From Macrostomum lignano (taxonomy: Eukaryota), in assembly GCA_002269645.1 (NCBI GenBank), contig NIVC01003840.1:10389-74388 (forward strand): DNA of 64,000 nt, in the 5' to 3' direction. Below the pieces are notes generated by a model. The model worked only from the letters and a program-made list of their open reading frames with translations. It was not told the DNA's origin and made no database searches. Position numbers and translations under genes: made by a program. This document shows positions 11,816 through 26,100 of this stretch, one piece after another; position 1 is the first letter of the stretch; each line of letters opens with the position of its first letter.

Positions 11816-12727
11816 TGGCTGCTCAGAAGGAGAAGCTTGAAGTTGAGGAGCCTCGACTTGAAGGCGAAGACCGGCATATTGGACACGGAAGGCACCAATC
11901 TGGCGGCCATCATCGCGCTCGGGTGAGGTACTCCAGCAGCTATCGTGTGCCGCCGCAACTGCTCCAAAGGAAGGGGTGAGTGCGAAAATTCAAGGGGCTG
12001 CTATAATTAACGTGTAGGTTAAAAGGATGCTATTAGAAGCAGGGCGCATCCTTGCAATGCAGACAATGGAGACGATGTCCGTACTGAGCATCCCAATCCT
12101 GAACTAAGCATCCCCTTCCTTACGTTTTCTCCTAAAAATTTTTTGACAATCAATCTTCCAATCACCAGCGGAATCGATTTAGCTAACAAGACGCACCTGA
12201 TCGAGACCGACAGCGTGCTAATAATCTACCAGTTAAGACGCCTGATTTACAATCGGAGCACAGAAAATCTTGCCGTTTGCGCTGGCCCAGCAACTGGTCC
12301 CAGTTTGTCTTCGAATCGGACTCAATCGTTCAACTATTTTGCCTGCCCAGCAGAAATTGGAGGTACCAAATTAACCAACTCTGTTAACGACGAACGATCA
12401 GACGTGGCTTCATATTGCTGCGGCTCCGCACCGTCGCAGACTTGCTGCGACAAAGAGACATTCTATCGGACCTATGGTCATCCAGTACCTCCTTCGATGG
12501 TTGTCATTGGCGTCTCTGCCGCTGCTGGGATGATTGTATTAGCATTGCTCACTGCAGTTTTGTTCTGCATCAAACGACCAATTCGAAGGGACTCAACGGT
12601 TAGCAAAGTTAATAAAAAAGCAGCAAAGTCGGATTTCGCTGGGACACCGCTGATTCTTACTGCGGGCCCGTTGACGGACAGCCTCGGCTCGGTCTATGCG
12701 ACAAGTCAGCAGTGCCCGGCAGACTAG
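11816..12727 (+). CDS. Shisa-like single-pass membrane protein, paralog 3 (intact; signal exon not located)
   Basis: Exons 11816-11975 and 12169-12727, with the same phase-2 intron after KG as paralogs 1 and 2. FACP...ASYCCGSAPSQTCC followed by a TM helix resembles the Shisa FxCP..CCGxC..xCC motif. Confidence 0.7.
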
Positions 12728-12870
12728 CCCGCTGTCTCACATGTTGACTAATATAGTGATATAACCAATTCGTTGTCTATAGAAATGTACATAAACCAAG
12801 TGCTACACTGCGTTCAATTACGTCAATCGTAAAACGGAAGTGTGCACAGAGAGGGGGATTCAAGGAGACA

Positions 12871-13113
12871 CTACAACCTAGTAGATAGAGACTACAAACT
12901 AATAGATAGAGACTACAACCTAGTAGATAGAGACTAAAACCTAATAGATAGAGACTACAATCTAGTAGATAGAGACTAAAACCTAGTACATAGAGACTAC
13001 AATCTAGTAGATATAAACTAAAACCTAATAGATAGAGACTACAACCTAGTAGATAGAGACTACAACCTAGTAGATAGAGGCTACAGCCTACAGAGACTAA
13101 AATCTAGTAGATC
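12871..13113. repeat. 21-bp minisatellite CTACAACCTAGTAGATAGAGA
   Basis: About 11 variant copies. Confidence 0.9.
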
Positions 13114-13114
13114 G

Positions 13115-13350
13115 AGGCGCCAGCATAAGAGATAGGGGCGTCAACCTATTAGATATAGGCACCAGAATGAGAGATAGGGGCGTCAACCTATTATATATAG
13201 GCGCCAGAATGAGAGATAGGGGCGTCAACCTATTAGATATAGGCGCCAGAATGAGAGATAGGGGCGTCAACCTATTAGATATAGGCGCCAACATGGGAGA
13301 TAGAGGCGCCAAAATGAGAGATAGTGGCGCCAACGTGGGAGATAGTAGCG
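13115..13350. repeat. 42-bp (2x21) minisatellite GGCGCCAGAATGAGAGATAGG-GGCGTCAACCTATTAGATATA
   Basis: About 4 dimers followed by three 21-mers. Confidence 0.9.
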
Positions 13351-14004
13351 CCAAAGGCCTATTAGTTGATTTATCCATTAAAAATAACTTAGTCAATGAA
13401 ATGTCTGTTCTTAGCTATATTAACTGTCGTAAAAGTGAACTCACTTGCATTTTAATTTACAGTTATTGATTGCTATTGTGATTATAATGAGCTTGTTTAA
13501 TTTTATCAACTGCGATACATTTTGTACTTTTGTACTCTATAGAAACTCGAAAAAATGCTCTTGTATTTGTAATACTGTATGTAAAAGTTTAATTAATTGT
13601 GGCTAATAAAAAGCATTCAAGTTAAAATCAAATTGCAGCAGAACTTTAGCATATTCATATAAATCTTCGATTGCGAAAGCTGGAGTTGCCATGCAAGCTT
13701 GAGTTAGTGGTAAAGCAAAACAGCTATCTGAGACAAAGCTTGAGTACATTTTATCTTGCTGCAGGAGAGCTGTTATCTACCTGTGCCGTGGTGAGAACAC
13801 AAGCATTAGGGTCGATTGCAGAGTCCATATACTTGCCTTCTATGAAGAGAATGGAAAGGTTTTTATTTCATGATTTTATCTTTCCACCTAAAGTTTAACA
13901 ATCGTACGTCAAACTTTGTTTATAATGCAAAACCCAGAAACCATGCACTATTTTAAGTAGCGCTGTAGAAGTTTAAGTATGGCCATTGCCCAATTCTCTA
14001 TCTA

Positions 14005-15320
14005 CGAGGTGTATTAAAAAAATTAGTGTCCGTGTCCTTAACTCTGCACTGCTTCAGTTCACCCAGCTGTAAAATGGGTGCCAGCATTAGCTGGGCTAAT
14101 TGAGGGTGCGTGTGGCGACCCCACAGTCCATTGACTGAACAGCCGTACGCAGCCTTCAGATGCGCCGCGCAATAGCTGCGGCTGAGCTGTCGGTTGCACA
14201 TCTGACCCAATTGGGGCAGGTGTAATCAATTATTATTATTATTATTCAAAAAGTTCTTTTCGGTGCCCTACAAAACTCAACACAAACAACTGGAACTATG
14301 AAAACACAGTTAGATTGTTTAACATGATACTGCCACTCAACATATTCACCACCAATGTCTTCACTTCTGCCAGCGATGTACCAGACCTCTGATTCCGGAA
14401 CTCACGCCACTCGCGTCCGTTTGGGCGAACAGCTTGACTGCAAGCAGCGTCGATGTGCTCGACGCTGTCGAATCGAATGCCCCGAAGGTGCCTCTTCACA
14501 GATGGAAATAAGAAGAAGTCACACGGCGACAAATCAGGCGACTAAGGTGGATGTTGGAGCACTTCCTGATTTGGTCAGGAGTTCCACGACGTTGTGCTTG
14601 CGATGTGCTGGCGCATTGTCGTGCAGCAGGATCACGCCAGATTCCAGCAGACCAGGGCGCTTCTTTCGTATTGTTGGGCGCAACTTCTCCAGAATCCACT
14701 TGTAGTAGTCCCCATTGACGGTGGTTCCTTGTGGGACTGCCCAGTTCAGCAGGATTCCTTGGGAATCAAGAAACATGAAGTGCATGATCTTCAGCGCACC
14801 CAGGCTTCCTGGTGGCCTTCTGAGGTCTTGGGAGAATGTGCTGGAAGCCATTCGGCAGACTGGGCCTTTGTCTCAGGATCTCAGCTGTAAACCCACGTCT
14901 CGTCTCCAGCAGCAATTCTCGATGGGAAATCCTCCCCTTCACGATGGAACCGACGCAGGTGGCTGCTTGAAGCCAGAGTTCGCTGCATCTTTTGCTCACC
15001 TGTCAGCAGGTGTGGCGCCCACTTGCAAAACTTTTTCTGCAGGTGATGACAGTACTATTTTCGAACTGTCTGCTCAGCTGGTGCACAGTTGCCAAGCACT
15101 TGCTGAAACTCCCTAAACATATCCGACGGCTTTTTTCCTTGCAGAAACTGAAACGTCATCAAGCTTTGAACGTCTAGTTTTGAAATTGATTCAGCCATGG
15201 CCAAAAACTTGAGTGGTAGCTGACCGAAAGGTTTGCTGCTCGAACATAGTTGCAAACTGAGGCTTAAAACCCTAGAACGTTTAGGCCATAGACATAACTG
15301 GTGAAATCGCTAAAATTCTG
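14005..15320 (-). mobile_element. Decayed mariner (Tc1/mariner, DDD) transposon
   Basis: Minus-strand motifs across stops and frameshifts: N-terminal HTH (FQFLQGKKPSDMFREFQQVLG), WAPHLLT, GDETWV, HDNAPAH, YSPDLSPCDFFLF. TA plus the TIR-like CGAGGTGTATT.AAAAA at 14003-14024. The other TIR is not found; a (TCTA)n array sits where it would be. Confidence 0.92.
14025..14242 (+). mobile_element. 5'-truncated CORE-SINE (family A)
   Basis: Homologous to 53933-54245 and 49067-49356; (ATT)n tail. Confidence 0.85.
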
Positions 15321-15325
15321 TTTAC

Positions 15326-15828
<503 letters not shown>

Positions 15829-16861
15829 GAATCATGCTACTGAACTTGACAGTAGAGAATATTCAGTAATATAACGTTATATATTTTTAATTTTGTCTTT
15901 CCAAGCTCCATGTGTATGTTAGGCGGGTCATGCAGCCCAGGGCAACCGCACAAACAGCCGCTGATTGCTAATTTAATTTGCGGCCATATACGCAATTTGT
16001 GGGGGGGGGCGGCTATCAAAACATGAGCCAAAGAAAATTTCTCTCCCAGTCAGATGGTTTTTCTGACCATCGCTGGGGACCTCACTAATTAATACTGCGT
16101 GGGGTATAGGATGGCCGCACTTTGCCAATAACAACGTTTGGACATTGCTGCTGGACAAGAAAGTGCATCCTCAGATGCAAGTGCACCGGATGACATTTTA
16201 AGCAACGCAGATTGATCAGTAACCAATGCTTTTGGATAGCTATAAATATCTATAAATCTATAACTATAAATTTTTAATCAAAAGCGCATTCAAAATAAAC
16301 TTATTCAGACACATACGTGAAAAGTAGTGGCGTGCAAAACATTCGTTTTAATTTTAAACAATATACACAAAATTTGTTTTACGAGAAGTCCCTCGATACA
16401 TAATTGAGTGCGGATTCATATTTAAACAATAGGGGAAATCTTGCATGACGTTGGTGCTATGGTGACTCGAAATTGATTTCACGGCAGTTTTGAACGCAAC
16501 TACGAGTATGTCAAATAGCGGAGATGAAAGGGTAAAGTTTTTTATCACTAGTTATACCTATCACAATTATTGTTTGCAGAGCGACGCTTGAGAATACAAT
16601 GGAGTGGCCATCGAATAATACTAGAAACATACTAGGACTTTTCCATCACAACTGCCTACTGCATAGCAAAAGCAAGTGGAACGAATCCCATTGGCTGAAG
16701 CAGATGAGCCAATGAATTACAAACTAACTAAGCTACTGCGAAAGAATTTTATGAGTTGGACGGACTGACAGGATCTTTTTGCTAAGAGGATGCAATAAAC
16801 GGACTGCAGTCGACTGCTAATCAATCTGTAAATCATGACCAATTGATTTTTTGACGCAATA

Positions 16862-17117
16862 ATGACGGCTAATAAAACTCTTATAAGTGGAAACGACTCG
16901 TCCAGTCTGGAGTTGGAAGGCCTGAACTGGGCCTATCTGGGTCTGTACATCATCCCTGTGCTCACAGTATGGGGCAACGTACTGGTCTGCGTGAGCGTCT
17001 TCGTGGAAGCTCGATTAAAGAGTCGATTCAACTCGTTTCTCGTCTCCTTGGCCATCAGCGACCTGCTGTGTGCAGTGCTGGTGATGCCTGTATCAGCGTT
17101 CAAGATGATTAGTGGCG
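16862..17117 (+). CDS. 5-HT2-like aminergic GPCR, coding exon 1 (N-terminus to TM2)
   Basis: NKT and NDS sequons, TM1 GNVLVC, TM2 SLAISDLL..VMP; phase-1 donor GTGAGT at 17118. Confidence 0.9.
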
Positions 17118-17959
17118 GTGAGTGACATATCTGTGATTTATTCAGCAAGAAATCGATGATTACCCAAGTTTATAACCAAACTTCTGATTCTTTCTAGTTT
17201 CGCACCTGAGTCATCTGGACTCGACCTAATTTTGATTTTTATATTCATAAAGACTGATAAGAATCGCATGTTTGTACTAGAGCTATAGCTAGTTAATTTA
17301 TGCTCAGTCGTGCATGCACAGGGCTGCAACTTCAAGTAGCAATTCAAATATTTCATGATGGAAAACAGGGAAAAAACAGGGCAAACACTGAAAGCTACAA
17401 GATCCGGTAGCAATGCGCGATGTGATTTTCTGCCAGCTGTGCAGCCCAAGATGCATTCTGAGATGTTTCAGAAAAGAGGAATATCAATGCGTCATGTCTG
17501 AATCCTTTCCATATGTTGCCTTTAACCTCAAGACTTTGTGGACAAAGCTTTGCAAGAAAAAGTCTCATCTTGAGCTCCTATATTGAGCTGGAGTTTTCAA
17601 GTTTATGACAACAATCTCGAAGGCAAGATTTTGACGCTAATGCCTCCCATTGCGCCCAAACCCTGTTTCCATTCCATTTTCAGCTAAAACTAATCCCTTA
17701 ATCCTAATAATTGCGTTTCGTTTTCCTTGGCTTTACACGACTCGTGAAATCCAATCAGCTAAGATTTATTGTCAGAGCTAATTGTCACAAAGTCGTTCCC
17801 GGTCAAATCTGCCTGGGTATTGACTACGCTTAGGCTTAGGATTAATGAGATCTTATGCTTTATTTTGAGTCTAATTTGTCCAACAACGACTGCATATTCG
17901 TAGTGACTTGATCGTGCACTTATGCAAGCCGTTAGCCCAGAACAGCGGTTAGTGTAAGC

Positions 17960-18940
17960 TCATGCAGGCCATGGCTTATCTTTGAAGGTTGAACTGCAAG
18001 CCCAATTGTAGCTTAATGCAGGACAATGACTTATCTTTGAAGGTTGAACTGCAAGCCCAATTGTAGCTCAATGCAGGATAATGGCTTATCTTTGAAGGTT
18101 GAACTGCAAGCCCAATTGTAGCTCAATGCAGGATAATGGCTTATCTTTGAAGGTTGAACTGCAAGCCCAATTGTAGCTCAATGCAGGATAATGGCTTATC
18201 TTTGAAGGTTGAACTGCAAGCCCAATTGTAGCTTAATGCAGGACAATGACTTATCTTTGAAGGTTGAACTGCAAGCCCAATTGTAGCTCAATGCAGGATA
18301 ATGGCTTATCTTTGAAGGTTGAACTGTATGCCCAATTGTAGCTCAATGCAGGACAATGACTTATCTTTGAAGGTTGAACTGCAAGCCCAATTGTAGCTCA
18401 ATGCAGGATAATGGCTTATCTTTGAAGGTTGAACTGCAAGCCCAATTGTAGCTCAATGCAGGACAATGGCTTATCTTTGAAGGTTGAACTGCAAGCCCAA
18501 TTGTAGCTCAATGCAGGACAATGGCTTATCTTTGAAGGTTGAACTGCAAGCCCAATTGTAGCTCAATGCAGGACAATGACTTATCTTTGAAGGTTGAACT
18601 GCAAGCCCAATTGTAGCTCAATGCAGGATAATGGCTTATCTTTGAAGGTTGAACTGCAAGCCCAATTGTAGCTCAATGCAGGACAATGGCTTATCTTTGA
18701 AGGTTGAACTGCAAGCCCAATTGTAGCTCAATGCAGGACAATGGCTTATCTTTGAAGGTTGAACTGCAAGCCCAATTGTAGCTCAATGCAGGACAATGAC
18801 TTATCTTTGACGGTTGAACTGCAAGCCCAATTTTAGCTTAATGTAGGACAATGAATTATCTTTGACGGTTGAACTGCAAGCCCAATTGCAGCTTAATGCA
18901 GGACAATGACTCATCCTTGAAGGTTGAACTGTAAGCCCAG
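17960..18940. repeat. 55-bp satellite
   Basis: About 18 copies of GAAGGTTGAACTGCAAGCCCAATTGTAGCTCAATGCAGGATAATGGCTTATCTTT. Confidence 0.97.
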
Positions 18941-20178
18941 CAAAACAGAAACTGTTTCTTCAAAGTTTGAACATTTAAAGATAGCCTAAGTATTGTGTAT
19001 AATAGTATTATGCTTTTGAACTACTCATCATATAGGAAGCTGAACTCAGCTAAGTGAGATGATCGTGAAGGGATTCATCAGTCATTTGCAAGGCCCTTTG
19101 TGAGCTATTCATCAGATTTAAACAAACTATCTTAGATCTTGCTTTGGAAAAAATACTAATTTTAGGTTTTACTTTGAAGTGCTTCTCTCAATCCATCTCT
19201 GTCTCCTGAATCGGTTGACCCACTTTATAATGATTTTTATACTTTACCCAATATCAGAAGTTAGCCATCAAACTCAGAGTCTTCCTGAGCCAGCTATAAG
19301 AAAGTTAGGTCGCTTAGAAATTCCAATTAGGGATCTGAAGTTCTCCACTCCTCGCCACCCTAATCTCACTCAGTCCCAAGCCGCATGCACAGACTAACGA
19401 CATTAAATCAGGGATAAGCAGACCATCTATATTTGTCTTAGTATCTCTCTGGCTGTTTATTGTGAGGTAGCTTTTATGCCTGCAATTGACGTCATCTTTA
19501 ACAGGGCATTCATTTTTTGGAGTCTGGGTTGAACTTTAAAACCATAGCTCCATCATCTCAGTCTCCAGTTAAGCGCTAAAAATAGGCACTCGCGGACGGA
19601 CGGTCGCATACGCTCATACAGGTGGTGAAACTGAAACAATAACCGGGAAAAGGGAAGGAAGTATAGAAGCAAATAGTTCTCTACAGGTTCCCCGGCATAA
19701 ATTGCCGTCGAGATGCTCTGAGCCGCGGATTTGGATTAATTGAGCAGCCATGGGAACCCAAAAGTTGCTGGCTCTATAAAGTTAAACAATGCCCAGCTTT
19801 AAGGGATGGAAGGCCAGAACCCCGGAAAATCGTGGCGTTGAAGAATGGGACAGACTTAGCCTTAACGGGGGGGGGAGTTCGGAGAAGACTGCATTGCAGG
19901 CATGGGAAAGATGTTCCCGAGCGTTTGGATTCTGAGTTTCCTTCTCCCATTTTCCTGTTACCCTATTCTCCCTCAACCACTCCCTCTATTGCAAATATTT
20001 GGCTTGAAGCAGCAAGGGAGGCATTTGATGTCGCTGTAACTTGAGCAAACCACCGACAGAGTTTTAAAAAAAAGCTTTTCTCCCCTCGAGCGCATGTCGC
20101 AACTTGTTGAGCAAAAATTTTCTTTAAATTTTTTTTCAAACATTAAAATTTTCGTTCGCTACTTAGCAAAAATCATAC

Positions 20179-23100
20179 TTAGAATTGATGAGTTAAACTT
20201 GAAGCCGGATTGGCGTCTAAAAACTACGGTATTAGGGAACAATTTTCTCAGCGCCTCAAATTACAAAGGCGCCCTTATCATTGCCTCAGGTGGCGCCCTT
20301 ATCATTGCCTCAGATGGCGCCCTTATCATTGACTCAGATGGCGCCACTATCATTGCCTCAGGTGGCGCCCTTATCATTGCCTCAGATGGCGCCCTTATCA
20401 TTGCCTCAGGTGGCGCCCTTATCATTGCCTCAGATGGCGCCCTTATCATTGACTCAGATAGCGCCACTATCATTGCCTCAGGTGGCGCCACTATCATTGC
20501 CTCAGGTGGCGCCCTTATCATTGCCTCAGGTGGCGCCCTTATCATTGCCTCAGATGGCGCCCTTATCATTGCCTCAGATGGCGCCCTTATCATTGCCTCA
20601 GATGGCGCCACTATCATTGCCTCATGTGGCGCCCTTATCATTGCCTCAGATGGCGCCCTTATCATTGACTCAGAAGGCGCCCTTATCATTGCCTCAGGTG
20701 GCGCCCTTATCATTGCCTCAGATGGCGCCACTATCATTGCCTCAGGTGGCGCCCTTATCATTGCCTCAGAAAACGCCCTTATCATTGCCTCAGAAGGCGC
20801 CCTTATCATTGCCTCAGGTGGCGCCCTTATCATTGCCTTAGGTGGCGCCACTATCATTGCCTCAGGTGGCGCCCTTATCATTGCCTCAGAAGGCGCCCTT
20901 ATCATTGCCTCAGATGGCGCCCTTATCACTGCCTCAGAAGGCGCCCTTATCATTGCCTCAGGTGGCGCCCTTATCACTGCCTTAGGTGGCGCCACTATCA
21001 TTGCCTCAGGTGGCGCCCTTATCATTGCCTCAGAAGGCGCCCTTATCATTGCCTCAGAAGGCGCCCTTATCAGTGCCTCAGATGGCGCCCGTATCATTGC
21101 CTCAGATGGCACCACTATCATTGCCTCAGGTGGCGCCCTTATCATTGCCTCAGAAGGCGCCCTTATCATTGCCTCAGATGGCACCACTATCATTGCCTCA
21201 GGTGGCGCCCTTATCATTGCCTCAGGTGGCGCCCTTATCATTGCCTTAGGTGGCGCCACTATCATTGCCTCAGATGGCGCCACTATCATTGCCTCATGTG
21301 GCGCCCTTATCATTGCCTCAGGTGGCGCCCTTATCATTGCCTTAGGTGGCGCCACTATCATTGCCTTAGGTGGCGCCACTATCATTGCCTTAGGTGGCGC
21401 CACTATCATTGCCTCAGGTGGCGCCCTTATCATTGCCTTAGGTGGCGCCACTATCATTGCCTCAGGTGGCGCCACTATCATTGCCTTAGGTGGCGCCACT
21501 ATCATTGCCTCAGAAGGCGCCCTTATCATTGCCTCAGAAGGCGCCCTTATCATTGCCTCAGGTGGCGCCCTTATCATTGCCTCAGATGGCGCCACTATCA
21601 TTGCCTCAGATGGCGCCCTTATCATTGCCTCAGGTGGCGCCCTTATCATTGCCTCAGATGGCGCCACTATAATTGCCTCAGGTGGCGCCACTATCATTGC
21701 CTCTTAGAATTGATGAGTTAAACTTGAAGCCGGATTGGCGTCTAAAAACTACGGTATTAGGGAACTTTTCTAAGCGCCTCAAATTACAAAGGCGCCCTTA
21801 GCATTGCCTCAGATGGCGCCCTTATCATTGCCTCAGGTGGCGCCCTTATCATTGCCTCAGATGGCGCCCGTATCATTGCCTCAGATGGCACCACTATCAT
21901 TGCCTCAGGTGGCGCCCTTATCATTGCCTCAGATGGCGCCCTTATCATTGCCTCAGATGGCACCACTATCATTGCCTCAGGTGGCGCCCTTATCATTGCC
22001 TCAGGTGGCGCCCTTATCATTGCCTCAGAAGGCGCCCTTATCATTGCCTCAGGTGGCGCCCTTATCATTGACTTAGGTGGCGCCACTATCATTGCCTCAG
22101 ATGGCGCCACTATCATTGCCTCATGTGGCGCCCTTATCATTGCCTCAGGTGGCGCCCTTATCATTGCCTTAGGTGGCGCCACTATCATTGCCTTAGGTGG
22201 CGCCACTATCATTGCCTTAGGTGGCGCCACTATCATTGCCTCAGAAGGCGCCCTTATCATTGCCTCAGAAGGCGCCCTTATCATTGCCTCAGGTGGCGCC
22301 CTTATCATTGCCTTAGGTGGCGCCACTATCATTGCCTCAGGTGGCGCCCTTATCATTGCCTCAGAAGGCGCCCTTATCATTGCCTCAGATGGCGCCCTTA
22401 TCATTGCCTCAGAAGGCGCCCTTATCATTGCCTCAGGTGGCGCCCTTATCATTGCCTTAGGTGGCGCCACTATCATTGCCTCAGATGGCGCCACTATCAT
22501 TGCCTCATGTGGCGCCCTTATCATTGCCTCAGGTGGCGCCCTTATCATTGCCTTAGGTGGCGCCACTATCATTGCCTTAGGTGGCGCCACTATCATTGCC
22601 TTAGGTGGCGCCACTATCATTGCCTCAGAAGGCGCCCTTATCATTGCCTCAGAAGGCGCCCTTATCATTGCCTCAGATGGCGCCCTTATCATTGCCTCAG
22701 ATGGCGCCCTTATCATTGCCTCAGAAGGCGCCCTTATCATTGCCTCAGGTGGCGCCCTTATCATTGCCTCAGGTAGCGCCCTTATCATTGCCTCAGATGG
22801 CGCCCTTATCATTGCCTCAGGTGGCGCCCTTATCATTGCCTCAGATGGCGCCACTATAATTGCCTCAGGTGGCGCCACTATCATTGCCTCTTAGAATTGA
22901 TGAGTTAAACTTGAAGCCGGATTGGCGTCTAAAAACTACGGTATTAGGGAACTTTTCTAAGCGCCTCAAATTACAAAGGCGCCCTTAGCATTGCCTCAGA
23001 TGGCGCCCTTATCATTGCCTCAGGTGGCGCTCTTATCATTGCCTCAGATGGCACCACTATCATTGCCTCAGATGGCGCCCTTATCATTGCCTCAGATGGC

Positions 23101-26100
23101 ACCACTATCATTGCCTCAGGTGGCGCCCTTATCATTGCCTCAGGTGGCGCCCTTATCATTGCCTCAGATGGCACCACTATCATTGCCTCAGGTGGCGCCC
23201 TTATCATTGCCTCAGGTGGCGCCCTTATCATTGCCTCAGATGGCACCACTATCATTGCCTCAGGTGGCGCCCTTATCATTGCCTCAGGTGGCGCCCTTAT
23301 CATTGCCTCAGATGGCACCACTATCATTGCCTCAGGTGGCGCCCTTATCATTGCCTCAGGTGGCGCCCTTTTCATTGCCTCAGATGGCACCACTATCATT
23401 GCCTCAGGTGGCGCCCTTATCATTGCCTCAGATGGCGCCCGTATCATTGCCTCAGATGGCACCACTATCATTGCCTCAGGTGGCGCCCTTATCATTGCCT
23501 CAGGTGGCGCCCTTATCATTGCCTCAGATGGCACCACTATCATTGCCTCAGGTGGCGCCCTTATCATTGCCTCAGGTGGCGCCCTTATCATTGCCTCAGA
23601 TGGCACCACTATCATTGCCTCAGGTGGCGCCCTTATCATTGCCTCAGATGGCGCCCTTATCATTGCCTCAGATGGCACCACTATCATTGCCTCAGGTGGC
23701 GCCCTTATCATTGCCTCAGATGGCGCCACTATCATTGCCTCAGATGGCGCCACTATCATTGCCTCATGTGGCGCCCTTATCATTGCCTCAGATGGCGCCC
23801 TTATCATTGCCTCAGAAGGCACCACTATCATTGCCTCAGGTGGCGCCCTTATCATTGCCTCAGGTGGCGCCCTTATCATTGCCTCAGATGGCACCACTAT
23901 CATTGCCTCAGGTGGCGCCCTTATCATTGCCTCAGGTGGCGCCCTTATCATTGCCTCAGATGGCACCACTATCATTGCCTCAGGTGGCGCCCTTATCATT
24001 GCCTCAGATGGCGCCCTTATCATTGCCTCAGATGGCACCACTATCATTGCCTCAGGTGGCGCCCTTATCATTGCCTCAGATGGCGCCCTTATCATTGCCT
24101 CAGATGGCGCCACTATCATTGCCTCATGTGGCGCCCTTATCATTGCCTCAGATGGCGCCCTTATCATTGCCTCAGAAGGCGCCCTTATCATTGCCTAAGG
24201 TGGCGCCCTTATCATTGCCTTAGGTGGCGCCACTATCATTGCCTCAGAAGGCGCCCTTATCATTGCCTCAGGTGGCGCCCTTATCATTGCCTTAGGTGGC
24301 GCCACTATCATTGCCTCAGATGGCGCCCTTATCATTGCCTCAGGTGGCGCCACTATCATTGCCTCAGATAGCGCCCTTATCATTGCCTCAGATGGCGCCC
24401 TTATCATTGCCTCAGATGGCGCCCGTATCATTGCCTCAGAAGGCGTCTATTTTTACTCTAGATTAACAAACTCAACGATTCTCCTGCCGCGCAGAATTTC
24501 ACAATGAAATTCGATTAAATCGATCAGAAAAGAAGATGATGCAAATCTCCCTAATACATGCATCCCAGCTAATACAGAACAATACAGGCAGAGAGGAATT
24601 ACAACAGATAATGCAAGCAGTCACAAGAGCTTGCAAGGATCTAGATCTGATTACCGGCTCAGAGACAGTCATGAGTTCCATTCTTCCTCACTGGGATTAA
24701 TGAATTTACTACAGAAAGCAGAGATATTCACATGGCATGTTTGTATTTTTATTATCATTCTCGTGCAGTGGGGATAAAAATTACCTCTCAGAATAGATTG
24801 CAGCTGATGGATTCTAGTCGCTGTACACCCTGTGTGATCGTGTGAATGAGTGAGTGCCTGCGTGCCTCAGGTGGCGCCCTTATCATTGCCTCAGGTGGCG
24901 CCCTTATCATTGCCTCAGATGGCACCACTATCATTGCCTCAGGTGGCGCCCTTATCATTGCCTCAGGTGGCGCCCTTATCATTGCCTCAGATGGCACCAC
25001 TATCATTGCCTCAGGTGGCGCCCTTATCATTGCCTCAGGTGGCGCCCTTATCATTGCCTCAGATGGCACCACTATCATTGCCTCAGGTGGCGCCCTTATC
25101 ATTGCCTCAGGTGGCGCCCTTTTCATTGCCTCAGATGGCACCACTATCATTGCCTCAGGTGGCGCCCTTATCATTGCCTCAGATGGCGCCCGTATCATTG
25201 CCTCAGATGGCACCACTATCATTGCCTCAGGTGGCGCCCTTATCATTGCCTCAGGTGGCGCCCTTATCATTGCCTCAGATGGCACCACTATCATTGCCTC
25301 AGGTGGCGCCCTTATCATTGCCTCAGGTGGCGCCCTTATCATTGCCTCAGATGGCACCACTATCATTGCCTCAGGTGGCGCCCTTATCATTGCCTCAGAT
25401 GGCGCCCTTATCATTGCCTCAGATGGCACCACTATCATTGCCTCAGAAGGCGCCCTTATCATTGCCTCAGATGGCGCCACTATCATTGCCTCAGATGGCG
25501 CCACTATCATTGCCTCATGTGGCGCCCTTATCATTGCCTCAGATGGCGCCCTTATCATTGCCTCAGATGGCACCACTATCATTGCCTCAGAAGGCGCCCT
25601 TATCATTGCCTCAGAAGGCGCCCTTATCATTGCCTCAGGTGGCGCCCTTATCATTGCCTCAGATGGCGCCACTATCATTGCCTCAGATGGCGCCCTTATC
25701 ATTGCCTCAGGTGGCGCCCTTATCATTGCCTCAGATGGCGCCACTATAATTGCCTCAGGTGGCGCCACTATCATTGCCTCAGATGGCGCCCTTATCATTG
25801 CCTCAGATGGCGCCACTATCATTGCCTCATGTGGCGCCCTTATCATTGCCTCAGATGGCGCCCTTATCATTGCCTCAGAAGGCGCCCTTATCATTGCCTA
25901 AGGTGGCGCCCTTATCATTGCCTTAGGTGGCGCCACTATCATTGCCTCAGAAGGCGCCCTTATCATTGCCTCAGGTGGCGCCACTATCATTGCCTCAGAA
26001 GGCGCCCTTATCATTGCCTCAGGTGGCGCCCTTATCATTGCCTTAGGTGGCGCCACTATCATTGCCTCAGATGGCGCCCTTATCATTGCCTCAGGTGGCG

